The notes: a model not told the origin generated them from the sequence alone. A DNA stretch of 64,000 bases from Balneolaceae bacterium (GCA_040905265.1 JBBDRW010000187.1:1993-65992), one strand, 5' to 3'. Numbered from the stretch's first letter, positions 8,381 to 16,990 are shown. A program made the numbers and translations.

Positions 8381-9904
8381 ATGGATGTACGCAAGATACG
8401 GGATCTGCTAAAGCGGGGAGAACTTTCACTGCCTGAAATAACCGATGGATACCTTGAAACCATAGAGCAGGCAAATACAGAAATCAATGCTTTCATCTCT
8501 GTCGATTCCTCCGGCGCGAAAAGCCGTGCCTCAGAGATCCAGAAGAGGGTAGAGAAGGGAGAAGCAGGGCCTCTGGCTGGCCTGGTACTTGGAATCAAGG
8601 ATATTATCAGCGAAAAAGGGAAAACGACAAGCTGTGCATCCGGAATTCTGAAAACGTTTGAGAGTGTCTATGATGCCACGGTGATTCACAAACTCCGGGA
8701 TGCGGACGCGTTGATACTGGGGCGCCTCAATATGGATGAATTTGGAATGGGTTCTTCCAATGAAAATTCAATCTATGGCCCGGTCCGTAACCCGCACAAC
8801 CAAAAGGCGGTGCCGGGAGGGTCAAGCGGCGGAAGTGCAGCAGCTGTCGCTGCCGGTATGTGTAATGCAGCAATAGGTTCCGATACGGGCGGGTCGGTTC
8901 GACAGCCCGCATCGTATTGTGGGGTAGTAGGCCTGAAACCTACCTACGGCCGGGTCTCTCGATATGGGCTTGTCGCATACGCCTCCTCATTCGATTGTAT
9001 CGGCCCGATCACGTCAACGGTGGATGACGCAGCCACTCTGCTGCATGCCATCGCCGGGTTTGACCCTCATGACAACTCTTCGTCTGAAAAACCGGTACCT
9101 GATTATACTAAACAGATGAAGGAGGAGTATACCCTGAAAGTCGGCGTGCCTGCAGAATATTTCGGTGAAGGGCTGGATGATGAGATCCGAGAGATGATCA
9201 ACGGGAAGCTTGAACAGCTTGAGAGGGACGGAAAGGTGGAACTTCAGCCGATTACCCTCCCCCATATGAAGTATAACATCGCGACGTATTACATACTTGC
9301 TACTGCTGAAGCTTCCAGTAATCTTGCCCGTTTTGACGGGATTCGATATGGCCACAGAACGGATTATCCATCATTAAAAGAGGAGTACTTCTCGGAGCGT
9401 AAAGAACTTGAACAGTCGATCCGGGAAAGCAGCGGCCAGGAGCGTGAAACTCTTTCAAAAGAGCTGGAAAAACTGGACTCTCTTCTGGTGCGGGTCTATA
9501 AAAAATCCAGGACCGAAGGGTTTGGAGAGGAGGTGAAACGACGCATTATGCTCGGTACTTACGTATTGAGTGCAGGGTATTACGATGCATATTATGCAAA
9601 AGCACAAAAGGTGCGGCGGCTGATCCGGCAGGATTTTATGGATGCATTCCGGGAAGTAGATGTGATCGTCTCTCCGACAGCACCGACCACAGCATTTGAT
9701 CTTGGATCCAATATTGAAGACCCTGTTCAGATGTATTTGAATGATGTTTATACAACCTCTGCGAATCTGGCAGGGATCTGCGGAATCAGCGTGCCTGCCG
9801 GAACCCACTCCAACGGACTTCCGGCCGGCGTTCAGTTCATGGCGAATGCTTTTGAGGAGGGCAAGATGCTAAAAGCGGCCTACCTGACAGAACAGTTACA
9901 GTGA
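8381..9904 (+). CDS. gatA: Asp-tRNA(Asn)/Glu-tRNA(Gln) amidotransferase subunit A
   Basis: Amidase signature GGSSGGSAAAVAAG...GSDTGGSVRQPA plus GFGEEVKRRIMLGTY. Confidence 0.95.
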   Translation: MDVRKIRDLLKRGELSLPEITDGYLETIEQANTEINAFISVDSSGAKSRASEIQKRVEKGEAGPLAGLVLGIKDIISEKGKTTSCASGILKTFESVYDATVIHKLRDADALILGRLNMDEFGMGSSNENSIYGPVRNPHNQKAVPGGSSGGSAAAVAAGMCNAAIGSDTGGSVRQPASYCGVVGLKPTYGRVSRYGLVAYASSFDCIGPITSTVDDAATLLHAIAGFDPHDNSSSEKPVPDYTKQMKEEYTLKVGVPAEYFGEGLDDEIREMINGKLEQLERDGKVELQPITLPHMKYNIATYYILATAEASSNLARFDGIRYGHRTDYPSLKEEYFSERKELEQSIRESSGQERETLSKELEKLDSLLVRVYKKSRTEGFGEEVKRRIMLGTYVLSAGYYDAYYAKAQKVRRLIRQDFMDAFREVDVIVSPTAPTTAFDLGSNIEDPVQMYLNDVYTTSANLAGICGISVPAGTHSNGLPAGVQFMANAFEEGKMLKAAYLTEQLQ

Positions 9905-10896
9905 ATCCGTCAGTTTCAACAGTGTTGTTCCTGCTCGCTCTCTCCGGATGGCTGCTATCCGGTTGCGAAACCGGGGAACCCAGGTTCTCATTGGAGAAGC
10001 AGGGGCGGGAGGTGCCTGTTTTTTCAGCTGGCAACGCCTATCACATCATTGAACAACAGCTTTCAAACGGCCCGAGAAATCCCGGCTCGGAAGGACATCG
10101 TAGTACGAAAGAGTATCTTGAAGAGAAACTGAGAGAGTATGCAGGGAGTAATTCAGTATTTGTTCAATCCTTTCAACATCAGGGATATAATGAAGAGGTG
10201 CTGGAGATGTATAATCTGATTGCTGCGTTTGAACCAGCACGTAACGACCGTATTTTGCTTGCTGCTCACTGGGATACACGCCCGAGGGGAGAAGAGGATC
10301 CGGATAGGCCGGAAGATCCGATTCCAGGTGCCGATGACGGTGGAAGCGGAGTAGGTGTATTGCTTGAACTTGCCCGGATATTTCATGAGAACCCGCCCCC
10401 GGTGGGTGTGGATATTATTCTCTTTGACGGAGAGGATTTTGGCCGTTCCGGAGATCTTCAGAACTACTTTCTTGGAGCCCGATTCTGGGGCAACAACCCT
10501 CCGGTACCCGGCTATCACCCACGGTTCGGAATTCTGCTTGACATGGTAGGAGGACAGGGGGCTCAGTTTCTCAAGGAGAGGCACTCCTTGCAATTTGCCC
10601 CCTTTCTGGTGGATGCGGTCTGGGAAACTGCTCATGATTTGGGATATGAAGGGTATTTTCCAGACCAGGAGGGTTCCTACATTTCGGATGACCATATGAT
10701 TGTTGAGCAGTTGACCGGTATCCCCATGATCAACATTATTCACCATCGCCGGAATGAGAACGGGTCAGCTGCGTTCCCGGAGTATTGGCATACTCAACGG
10801 GACAATCTTGAGATCATTGACCGGAATACTCTCCAGGCAGTCGGTGATTTGATGACAGAATTGATTTATAACAGGATTGGTGGGAACAACCCGTAA
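9901..10896 (+). CDS. M28 family peptidase / glutaminyl-cyclase-like lipoprotein
   Basis: Lipoprotein signal (LSGC) and M28 metal-ligand context (AAHWDTRP, GADDGGSGV, LFDGED). The GTG start overlaps the gatA stop by 4 nt. Confidence 0.85.
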   Translation: MNPSVSTVLFLLALSGWLLSGCETGEPRFSLEKQGREVPVFSAGNAYHIIEQQLSNGPRNPGSEGHRSTKEYLEEKLREYAGSNSVFVQSFQHQGYNEEVLEMYNLIAAFEPARNDRILLAAHWDTRPRGEEDPDRPEDPIPGADDGGSGVGVLLELARIFHENPPPVGVDIILFDGEDFGRSGDLQNYFLGARFWGNNPPVPGYHPRFGILLDMVGGQGAQFLKERHSLQFAPFLVDAVWETAHDLGYEGYFPDQEGSYISDDHMIVEQLTGIPMINIIHHRRNENGSAAFPEYWHTQRDNLEIIDRNTLQAVGDLMTELIYNRIGGNNP

Positions 10897-10927
10897 GAAA
10901 TGACTACGGACACCGTACTTCTGTTTT

Positions 10928-10943
10928 CTCTATTCCGTATTCT
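10928..10943 (+). repeat. 16-nt intergenic repeat CTCTATTCCGTATTCT (copy 1)
   Basis: Exact reverse-complement match to 54725-54740. Both copies are sense-oriented between co-directional genes. Here it is followed by a second GTATTCT and by TATACC immediately before the prmA ATG. Confidence 0.7.
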
Positions 10944-10955
10944 GTATTCTATACC

Positions 10956-11792
10956 ATGCTCTACGTCAAACTCTCCCTCGACATATCGGACGTCTACCAC
11001 GAAACTCTGATCTTAGAATTAATGGAGATGGATTTTGACGGGTTTGAACAGCTGGAAAACCAATTGATAGCTTACATTCCCCAACCTAGATTTCACGATG
11101 TAAGCAGGGAGCAGTTAGAACAGATGGTCCAACTGTTTCCGGAGATATCTTCCTGGGAATTATCTGAAGTCCCTGAAGAGAACTGGAATGCAGCCTGGGA
11201 GCAAACCCTTGAACCACAGGTAATAGGCCCTTTTCTGGTCAAACCGACATGGGCCGACTATCCGTACGATTCCAGCCAGATTCTGATTGAGATTGATCCC
11301 AAGATGTCTTTCGGGACCGGATATCATGCAACAACCCGTCTGGTTCTTGAAGAGCTTCCCCAACTTAATCTGCACGGAAAACGCATCCTGGATGCCGGTA
11401 CTGGTACAGGTATTCTCGCGATTGCTGCCGTGAAACTGGGAGCTGCCAGCGCTGTCGGTTTTGACATTGATCCGTGGTGTGAACGCAATGCGCTGGAGAA
11501 CAGAGCCATCAACGGGGTGGAAGAGCGTGTCAACATCTGTCTGGGTGGTATTGAAACGATTCCACCGGATTCCGATTTCGACCTGATGCTTGCAAACATT
11601 AACCGAAATGTAATCCTTTCACTGTTGGAGGAGTTTGTCTCCCGAATCCGGCAAGGAGGGGTGATTGTCGTCACGGGGATTTTGATAACAGACCGTGATA
11701 CGGTGGTAGAAAGAGCTGAAACGTGCGGTCTGAAATTGATCTCGGAAAGGGATAAAGAGGAGTGGACCCTCCTCCGGTTTCAACGAACCTAG
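10956..11792 (+). CDS. prmA: ribosomal protein L11 methyltransferase
   Basis: IDP.MSFGTG.H.TT and LDAGTGTGILAIAA SAM-binding motifs. Confidence 0.9.
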   Translation: MLYVKLSLDISDVYHETLILELMEMDFDGFEQLENQLIAYIPQPRFHDVSREQLEQMVQLFPEISSWELSEVPEENWNAAWEQTLEPQVIGPFLVKPTWADYPYDSSQILIEIDPKMSFGTGYHATTRLVLEELPQLNLHGKRILDAGTGTGILAIAAVKLGAASAVGFDIDPWCERNALENRAINGVEERVNICLGGIETIPPDSDFDLMLANINRNVILSLLEEFVSRIRQGGVIVVTGILITDRDTVVERAETCGLKLISERDKEEWTLLRFQRT

Positions 11793-11840
11793 GAGTCAGG
11801 CTAACTCCACATCGCATGGTTGACGCGACAGTAGTTTTTT
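11790..11840 (+). repeat. 3' UTR repeat, copy A (decayed)
   Basis: TAG stop followed by ...CTCCACATCGCATGGTTGACGCGACAGTAGTTTTTT. About 21 of 25 positions match the core of copies B and C. The left stem arm is missing and the copy ends in a T6 run. Confidence 0.6.
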
Positions 11841-11901
11841 CTTGGTACTATTGTTATGTTCAATACCTGAAAATGCCTGTTAAACCAGTTGAACCTCTCG
11901 A

Positions 11902-12534
11902 ATGGGATCATCTACAGAGAAGAATAAACCAGAACAACACCGTGAAGCCGCTTCGGAAAGCAGCCGTGAAGATGACCGGCTGGTTGCCAGGGCATCAGGC
12001 GGAGATGAGAAGGCGTACGCTGTATTGGTACAAAAGTACCAGAGAGCCCTCTACTATCATATCATCAAAATGGTAAAAGAGAAGGAGCAGGTGGAGGATC
12101 TTGTTCAGGAAGCGTTTGTGAAAGCGTTTGACAATCTCAGCTCATACAATACCGACTACGCATTTTCGACCTGGCTCTATCGAATTGCAACCAATCATAC
12201 TATCGACTACCTCCGAAAGAAGAAACTGCAAACCTATTCGATCGATGATCCGGTATCAACCAAAGATGGGGATATGGAGGTACAGATCCCGGATCCAAAT
12301 TTCGAGACGGACCGGGAACTTCTGAGAAAGCAGCGACAGGAGATCATTTCAAATGCCATTCAGGATCTTCCTGAAAAGTATCGACTGGTCATTGAAATGA
12401 GGCATATGGAAGAGAAGAGTTACCAGGAGATTACCGAACTGCTAGACCTCCCTTTGGGCACCGTCAAAGCCCATATATTCAGAGCCCGGGAGATGCTCTA
12501 CAAGGCATTGAAAGATCGCCGTGATCAGTTTTAG
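11902..12534 (+). CDS. ECF-type RNA polymerase sigma-70 family factor
   Basis: Region 2 (LVQEAFVKAF...FSTWLYRIATN) and region 4 (SYQEITELLDLPLGTVKAHIFRAR). Confidence 0.9.
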   Translation: MGSSTEKNKPEQHREAASESSREDDRLVARASGGDEKAYAVLVQKYQRALYYHIIKMVKEKEQVEDLVQEAFVKAFDNLSSYNTDYAFSTWLYRIATNHTIDYLRKKKLQTYSIDDPVSTKDGDMEVQIPDPNFETDRELLRKQRQEIISNAIQDLPEKYRLVIEMRHMEEKSYQEITELLDLPLGTVKAHIFRAREMLYKALKDRRDQF

Positions 12535-13475
12535 GATGACAGGTTGTCTGCCACGATTCCGGCGGTCTGCTTGAATTTTTTATATTTTGCCCGCCGCACC
12601 GGAGTCCCTTCAAACAGACTGTTGTAGGCCTCTTCGGTAAGATCTCTCCACTTGCCTGCATCGGGCTTAAAGAGTTTTTCTCTGGGTTGAAGGTCTTCGA
12701 TCCTTCCCTCTTTCGCACGGCTGTTCCACGGGCATACGTCCTGGCAAATGTCACACCCGAACATCCACTCACCAAGTTCTTTTCTGAACTCTGGCGGGAT
12801 ATTCTCCCGGAGCTCAATCGTCAGATAGGAGATGCAGCGGTTGCTGTCAATCCGGTAGGGTACATCCAGTGCATCAGTCGGACAGGCATCGATACACCGG
12901 GTACAGGAGCCGCAGTGGTCGAATGCCGGCGAGTCGTAGACATATTCTGTATCGAGTATGATTTCGCCGATCAGAAAAAACGAGCCGAGGCTTCGATTCA
13001 ACAGATTGGTGTTTTTCCCGATCCAGCCAAGCCCTGCTTTTTCTGCCCACACCTTGTCCATAACCGGTGCTGAATCGACAAAAACACGCCCACGGACATC
13101 ACCTGTCATCTCCGTGATATCCTGAAAAAGCCATTTCAACCTCTGTTTAAATACCTTATGGTAGTCTCTGCCTCGTGCATATTTGGCAATTTTCGGAGCA
13201 TCCGGAATAGCGTCGTAGTCCAGATTCTTTTTGAAGTGATAGCTTGCCAAGACTGAAATCACACTTTTTGCACCGGGGACAAGCTTTGTCGGATCCGTAC
13301 GTTTGTCGAAATGCCTCTCCATCCACTCCATGTTCCCATGCCTTCCCTCCTGAAGCCAGGCCTCCAGGCGTCTTGCTTCCTTATCGAGCGGCCCTGCCCT
13401 GGCAAACCCGCAGGCATCGAACCCGAGATCAAAGGCCCTTTGACGAACCTTTACAGTTGCGGCTAGTCGGTCCAT
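12531..13475 (-). CDS. queG: tRNA epoxyqueuosine(34) reductase
   Basis: 4Fe-4S motifs CGSCTRCIDACPT and CDICQDVCPWN, plus the QueG N-terminal domain. Confidence 0.9.
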   Translation of the reverse strand: MDRLAATVKVRQRAFDLGFDACGFARAGPLDKEARRLEAWLQEGRHGNMEWMERHFDKRTDPTKLVPGAKSVISVLASYHFKKNLDYDAIPDAPKIAKYARGRDYHKVFKQRLKWLFQDITEMTGDVRGRVFVDSAPVMDKVWAEKAGLGWIGKNTNLLNRSLGSFFLIGEIILDTEYVYDSPAFDHCGSCTRCIDACPTDALDVPYRIDSNRCISYLTIELRENIPPEFRKELGEWMFGCDICQDVCPWNSRAKEGRIEDLQPREKLFKPDAGKWRDLTEEAYNSLFEGTPVRRAKYKKFKQTAGIVADNLSS

Positions 13476-13507
13476 GGTTTAGAATTCATGAGTCAGAATA
13501 CAGACTC

Positions 13508-14233
13508 CTACTCAATAATATCGAGTAGCTCTACTTCAAAGATCAATACGGCTCCGGGCGGAATGATACTGCCGGATGGGGGCTGATTTCCGTATCCGAG
13601 ATCCGGCGGGAGAAAGAATTCATAAGTAGAGCCGACTTCCATCAATTGAACACCTTCGGTCCATCCGGGGATTACGCCGCCAAGGTTGAATTGAACAGGA
13701 TCATCGCGCTTGTAGGAGCTGTCAAACTCCTCGCCATTGATCAGGGTTCCGCGATAGTGCACCTGTACCTCAGAGTCTGCCGAAGGGGAGGGGCCGGCAC
13801 CTTCTTCCAGAACACGGTACTGAAGCCCGCTATCTGTAACCATCACACCTTCACGTTCAGCATTTTGAGCCAGAAACTCTTCTGCTTCCTCACGGTTGAC
13901 GGCCGCCTCTGCCTGTTGACGCTGCATAGAACGTTCCTGCATCTCCATTTGAAATGATTGAAGCGCGGCCTGCATCTGCGATTCGTCCATGGCCGGGTCC
14001 TGATCGGCAGTCTCGATTGAATGGCGAACGCCTGCTATAAAGTTATGGTAGTTGAAATTATCTACGCCCTCCGTTGCAAGGGAGCGGCCGTAGAAGTATC
14101 CGAGGCTGTAGCTGACCGAGTCGATGTTTGAACTAAATTCTGCCGGCTGGTCGATTTCGTCGGATTGGCAACTGGCAGCGGCGAGGGTATAAATAAGGAA
14201 AAGAGGAATTAGATATAGGAGATTACGTTTCAT
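13508..14233 (-). CDS. FKBP-type peptidyl-prolyl cis-trans isomerase (FkpA/Mip-like)
   Basis: Signal/lipoprotein N-terminus and a C-terminal FKBP domain (HYRGTLINGEEFDSS...GVIPGW.EG...PP.LGYG). Confidence 0.9.
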   Translation of the reverse strand: MKRNLLYLIPLFLIYTLAAASCQSDEIDQPAEFSSNIDSVSYSLGYFYGRSLATEGVDNFNYHNFIAGVRHSIETADQDPAMDESQMQAALQSFQMEMQERSMQRQQAEAAVNREEAEEFLAQNAEREGVMVTDSGLQYRVLEEGAGPSPSADSEVQVHYRGTLINGEEFDSSYKRDDPVQFNLGGVIPGWTEGVQLMEVGSTYEFFLPPDLGYGNQPPSGSIIPPGAVLIFEVELLDIIE

Positions 14234-14486
14234 TATGTAAGATCAATCAGGTTTGTGGAAAAAACAGATTGTAAAGGTAGCATTTTTTAACTCCTTTAAA
14301 AAGAGGGAGAGGAGTCGGTACTGGCTGTCAAGCTGTCTCGATTTCCGCTTTGTATTCGATTTTGTCAAAGATTCTGATTAAATCTTTTTATATTAAAGGT
14401 TTGAAATAAAGAGCAGAAGGGTATGCAACCGTCGAAAGCGGATTGCCAATCTGGAAAGAACAAATAAACTACAGAATATACCACCA

Positions 14487-16115
14487 TTGAAATTTACAGA
14501 ACTGAACCTGAGTGAGCAGATGCTTGCCGGGCTGTCCGATGTTCAATTTGACGAGCCAACCCCGGTACAAGAGAAAGCGATACCACTCGTATTGGAAGGA
14601 AAAGACCTGATTGCCACTGCACAAACGGGAACCGGAAAAACCGGTGCTTTTGTCATCCCGATTATGGACCGGATTTTGAAAGGTGAGCAGGACGGGACCA
14701 AAGCACTGATCCTCTCACCGACACGCGAACTGGCGCAACAAATCGACGAACAGATCTTTGCGATCGGGTATCATACCGGTATCAGTTCGGCTACGGTAAT
14801 CGGAGGAAGCGACTTCTCCGTACAGGCGAAAGCACTCAAAGCGGGAGTCGATATCATTGTAGCTACCCCCGGCCGTCTGATGGATCAGAAGAAGGTTGTC
14901 GATATCGACTTCTCTGACATTGAGTATTTCATACTGGACGAGGCAGACCGGATGCTCGATATGGGGTTCCTGCCAGATATCAAGAAGATCATCTCCTGGC
15001 TTCCTGAAAAGAGGCAAACCCTGCTCTTTTCGGCAACTATGCCGAAAGAGATTGAACGCCTGGCCTCCGCAATGATGAATGACCCGGTGAGTGTAGAGAT
15101 TGCACGTGCTCAGGCGCCGACACAGGTGGAGCAACGGGCCTATATGGTCAAAAGCAATCAGAAGATCCCACTGATCAAGAGTATATTCAAGGATATCAAA
15201 TGGGACTCCTGTATCATCTTTACGTCTACCAAGAAGGGGACGGATGAATTGCAGAGGCTACTGAAGAAAGAGGGGATTCAGGCGGCATCCATTCATGGAG
15301 ACCGCTCTCAGGACGAGCGTAACAAGGCGTTGAATGCGTTCAAATCGGGGAAGTTTCCGGTGATTGTCGCGACCAACGTATTGGCCCGTGGTATCGATAT
15401 CAAAGATGTTTCGATGATCGTCAACTATGATGTACCCAACAATACAGATGACTATATCCACCGGATCGGCCGGACCGGCCGCTATGACAAATCGGGGATT
15501 GCAGTTACATTCGTTACCCGGCGGGATGCGAAACTCTTCAGTGATATAGAGAACATCAAGGGAAATTCGATCGTGACGGTTTCACTACCGGACAATTACG
15601 GCGAAAACTCCCCCTTTTCCTGGAACGATACCGAAATAGGTGGCGGTGGAGAACCCTCGAAACGGCCTGCCGGCAGAACTCCGAAAGGGTCTGGCTCTTC
15701 TAATAAAAGAACCAAAAAACGGGAACCGGCCAAACAGGAGCGTTCCGGCGCTTCGAAAAATAAACCTTCAGAGAAGAAGGAGTCGAAAAAAGATTCAAAT
15801 CAGAGGCCGGCTGACAAGGAAGAATCCGGAAAAAGCGAAAAGAGACAGGAGAAGAAGGAGACGGCTCAGAAGCGGCCATCAGAATCGAATGAAAGCCGGT
15901 CCGAAAATCAGAAGAAAGGCAAGACTGAAAACCGGGACAAAGGTAAAGAGGAACAACGATCTCCAAAATCTGAAAAACAGAAAGAGGAGAACTTTGAACA
16001 GTTGACAGGAACATTGCCGGTGGTTGAAAAAGCTGTCGAAAGGAACCGCAGAAGCAGGAAACCGTCAAAAGGGATTTGGGGCATCATCAAAAGTTTTATC
16101 CCGAAACGTAAATAA
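14487..16115 (+). CDS. DEAD-box ATP-dependent RNA helicase with a K/E/S-rich C-terminal tail
   Basis: Q motif (PTPVQ), AQTGTGKT, DEAD, SAT and HRIGRTGR. A TTG start is implied by the track; an ATG 33 nt downstream is an alternative. Confidence 0.9.
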   Translation: MKFTELNLSEQMLAGLSDVQFDEPTPVQEKAIPLVLEGKDLIATAQTGTGKTGAFVIPIMDRILKGEQDGTKALILSPTRELAQQIDEQIFAIGYHTGISSATVIGGSDFSVQAKALKAGVDIIVATPGRLMDQKKVVDIDFSDIEYFILDEADRMLDMGFLPDIKKIISWLPEKRQTLLFSATMPKEIERLASAMMNDPVSVEIARAQAPTQVEQRAYMVKSNQKIPLIKSIFKDIKWDSCIIFTSTKKGTDELQRLLKKEGIQAASIHGDRSQDERNKALNAFKSGKFPVIVATNVLARGIDIKDVSMIVNYDVPNNTDDYIHRIGRTGRYDKSGIAVTFVTRRDAKLFSDIENIKGNSIVTVSLPDNYGENSPFSWNDTEIGGGGEPSKRPAGRTPKGSGSSNKRTKKREPAKQERSGASKNKPSEKKESKKDSNQRPADKEESGKSEKRQEKKETAQKRPSESNESRSENQKKGKTENRDKGKEEQRSPKSEKQKEENFEQLTGTLPVVEKAVERNRRSRKPSKGIWGIIKSFIPKRK

Positions 16116-16126
16116 CCTGGAGCGCT

Positions 16127-16882
16127 ATGCAGAGGCTGACCTCCCTGTTGATATGGGCTGCAATCATCCTTCTGATCATCGCGTGGCTGCCGCTTCTTGC
16201 TTTGATCCGGCTGTTCGACCGTTCGGAAGAGCGCTATCAAACCGGCCGCTGGTTCCGGAAACTTGGCCTGGCCATCTCCAGGGTAAACCCAAACTGGAAT
16301 GTGGCGCTGGAAGGGCATGAATCAATTGACGACCGGAATCCCTACGTCGTGGTGGGTAACCACCTCTCGAATGCCGATATTCCACTGATCTCCAACCTTC
16401 CCTGGGAGATGAAATGGGTGGCGAAGCGTGAACTGTTTAAACTGCCTCTGGTCGGCACATTGATGAAACTTGCAGGAGATATACCGGTCGACCGCTCCAC
16501 GACTGCACAGAAGGTTTCGACGTTCAAGAAATGTGTCTGGTATCTCGACCGGAGCTGTTCCGTTATGTTTTTCCCTGAAGGAACCCGTTCCCGGGACGGC
16601 AGAGTGAGGAGCTTTTCACGGGGTGCATTTGATCTGGCAATCCGGGAGAAAATACCGATACTCCCCCTGGTCGTTGACGGAACTCAGGGGTGCCTTCCGA
16701 AAAACAGTTGGGTATTTCAACCGGATGTCTATGTGAAACTGAAGGTGCTCGACCCGGTACCGACCGACCAATATGAACCGGCTGATTCGGAGAAGCTGGC
16801 CGGGGAGGTCCGCGACAGAATCATTAGTCAGCTGATGGAGTGGAGAGGGCTACCCAGGGAAGAGGTCGACGGAGTACTTTAG
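16127..16882 (+). CDS. plsC: 1-acyl-sn-glycerol-3-phosphate acyltransferase
   Basis: NHLSNADI (HX4D) and FPEGTRS motifs, with an N-terminal TM helix. Confidence 0.85.
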   Translation: MQRLTSLLIWAAIILLIIAWLPLLALIRLFDRSEERYQTGRWFRKLGLAISRVNPNWNVALEGHESIDDRNPYVVVGNHLSNADIPLISNLPWEMKWVAKRELFKLPLVGTLMKLAGDIPVDRSTTAQKVSTFKKCVWYLDRSCSVMFFPEGTRSRDGRVRSFSRGAFDLAIREKIPILPLVVDGTQGCLPKNSWVFQPDVYVKLKVLDPVPTDQYEPADSEKLAGEVRDRIISQLMEWRGLPREEVDGVL

Positions 16883-16934
16883 TGTCGTGTCGACTTTCCC
16901 CGCATCGCATGGTTGATACGACACTAGTGTCGTG
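16880..16934 (+). repeat. 3' UTR stem-loop repeat, copy B (archetype)
   Basis: Stem GTGTCGTGTC/GATACGACAC around the loop GACTTTCCCCGCATCGCATGGTT. The core is bracketed by a perfect 10-bp direct repeat TAGTGTCGTG, whose first copy contains the plsC stop codon. Confidence 0.8.
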
Positions 16935-16956
16935 CCAGCCAAACTCTTGTGGAGCT

Positions 16957-16978
16957 CCGCCGGCTGGCGGAATCTTTT
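16957..16978 (+). terminator. probable intrinsic terminator of plsC
   Basis: CCGCC-GGCT-GGCGG hairpin followed by AATCTTTT. Confidence 0.5.
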
Positions 16979-16990
16979 ACTGTCTGGCTG

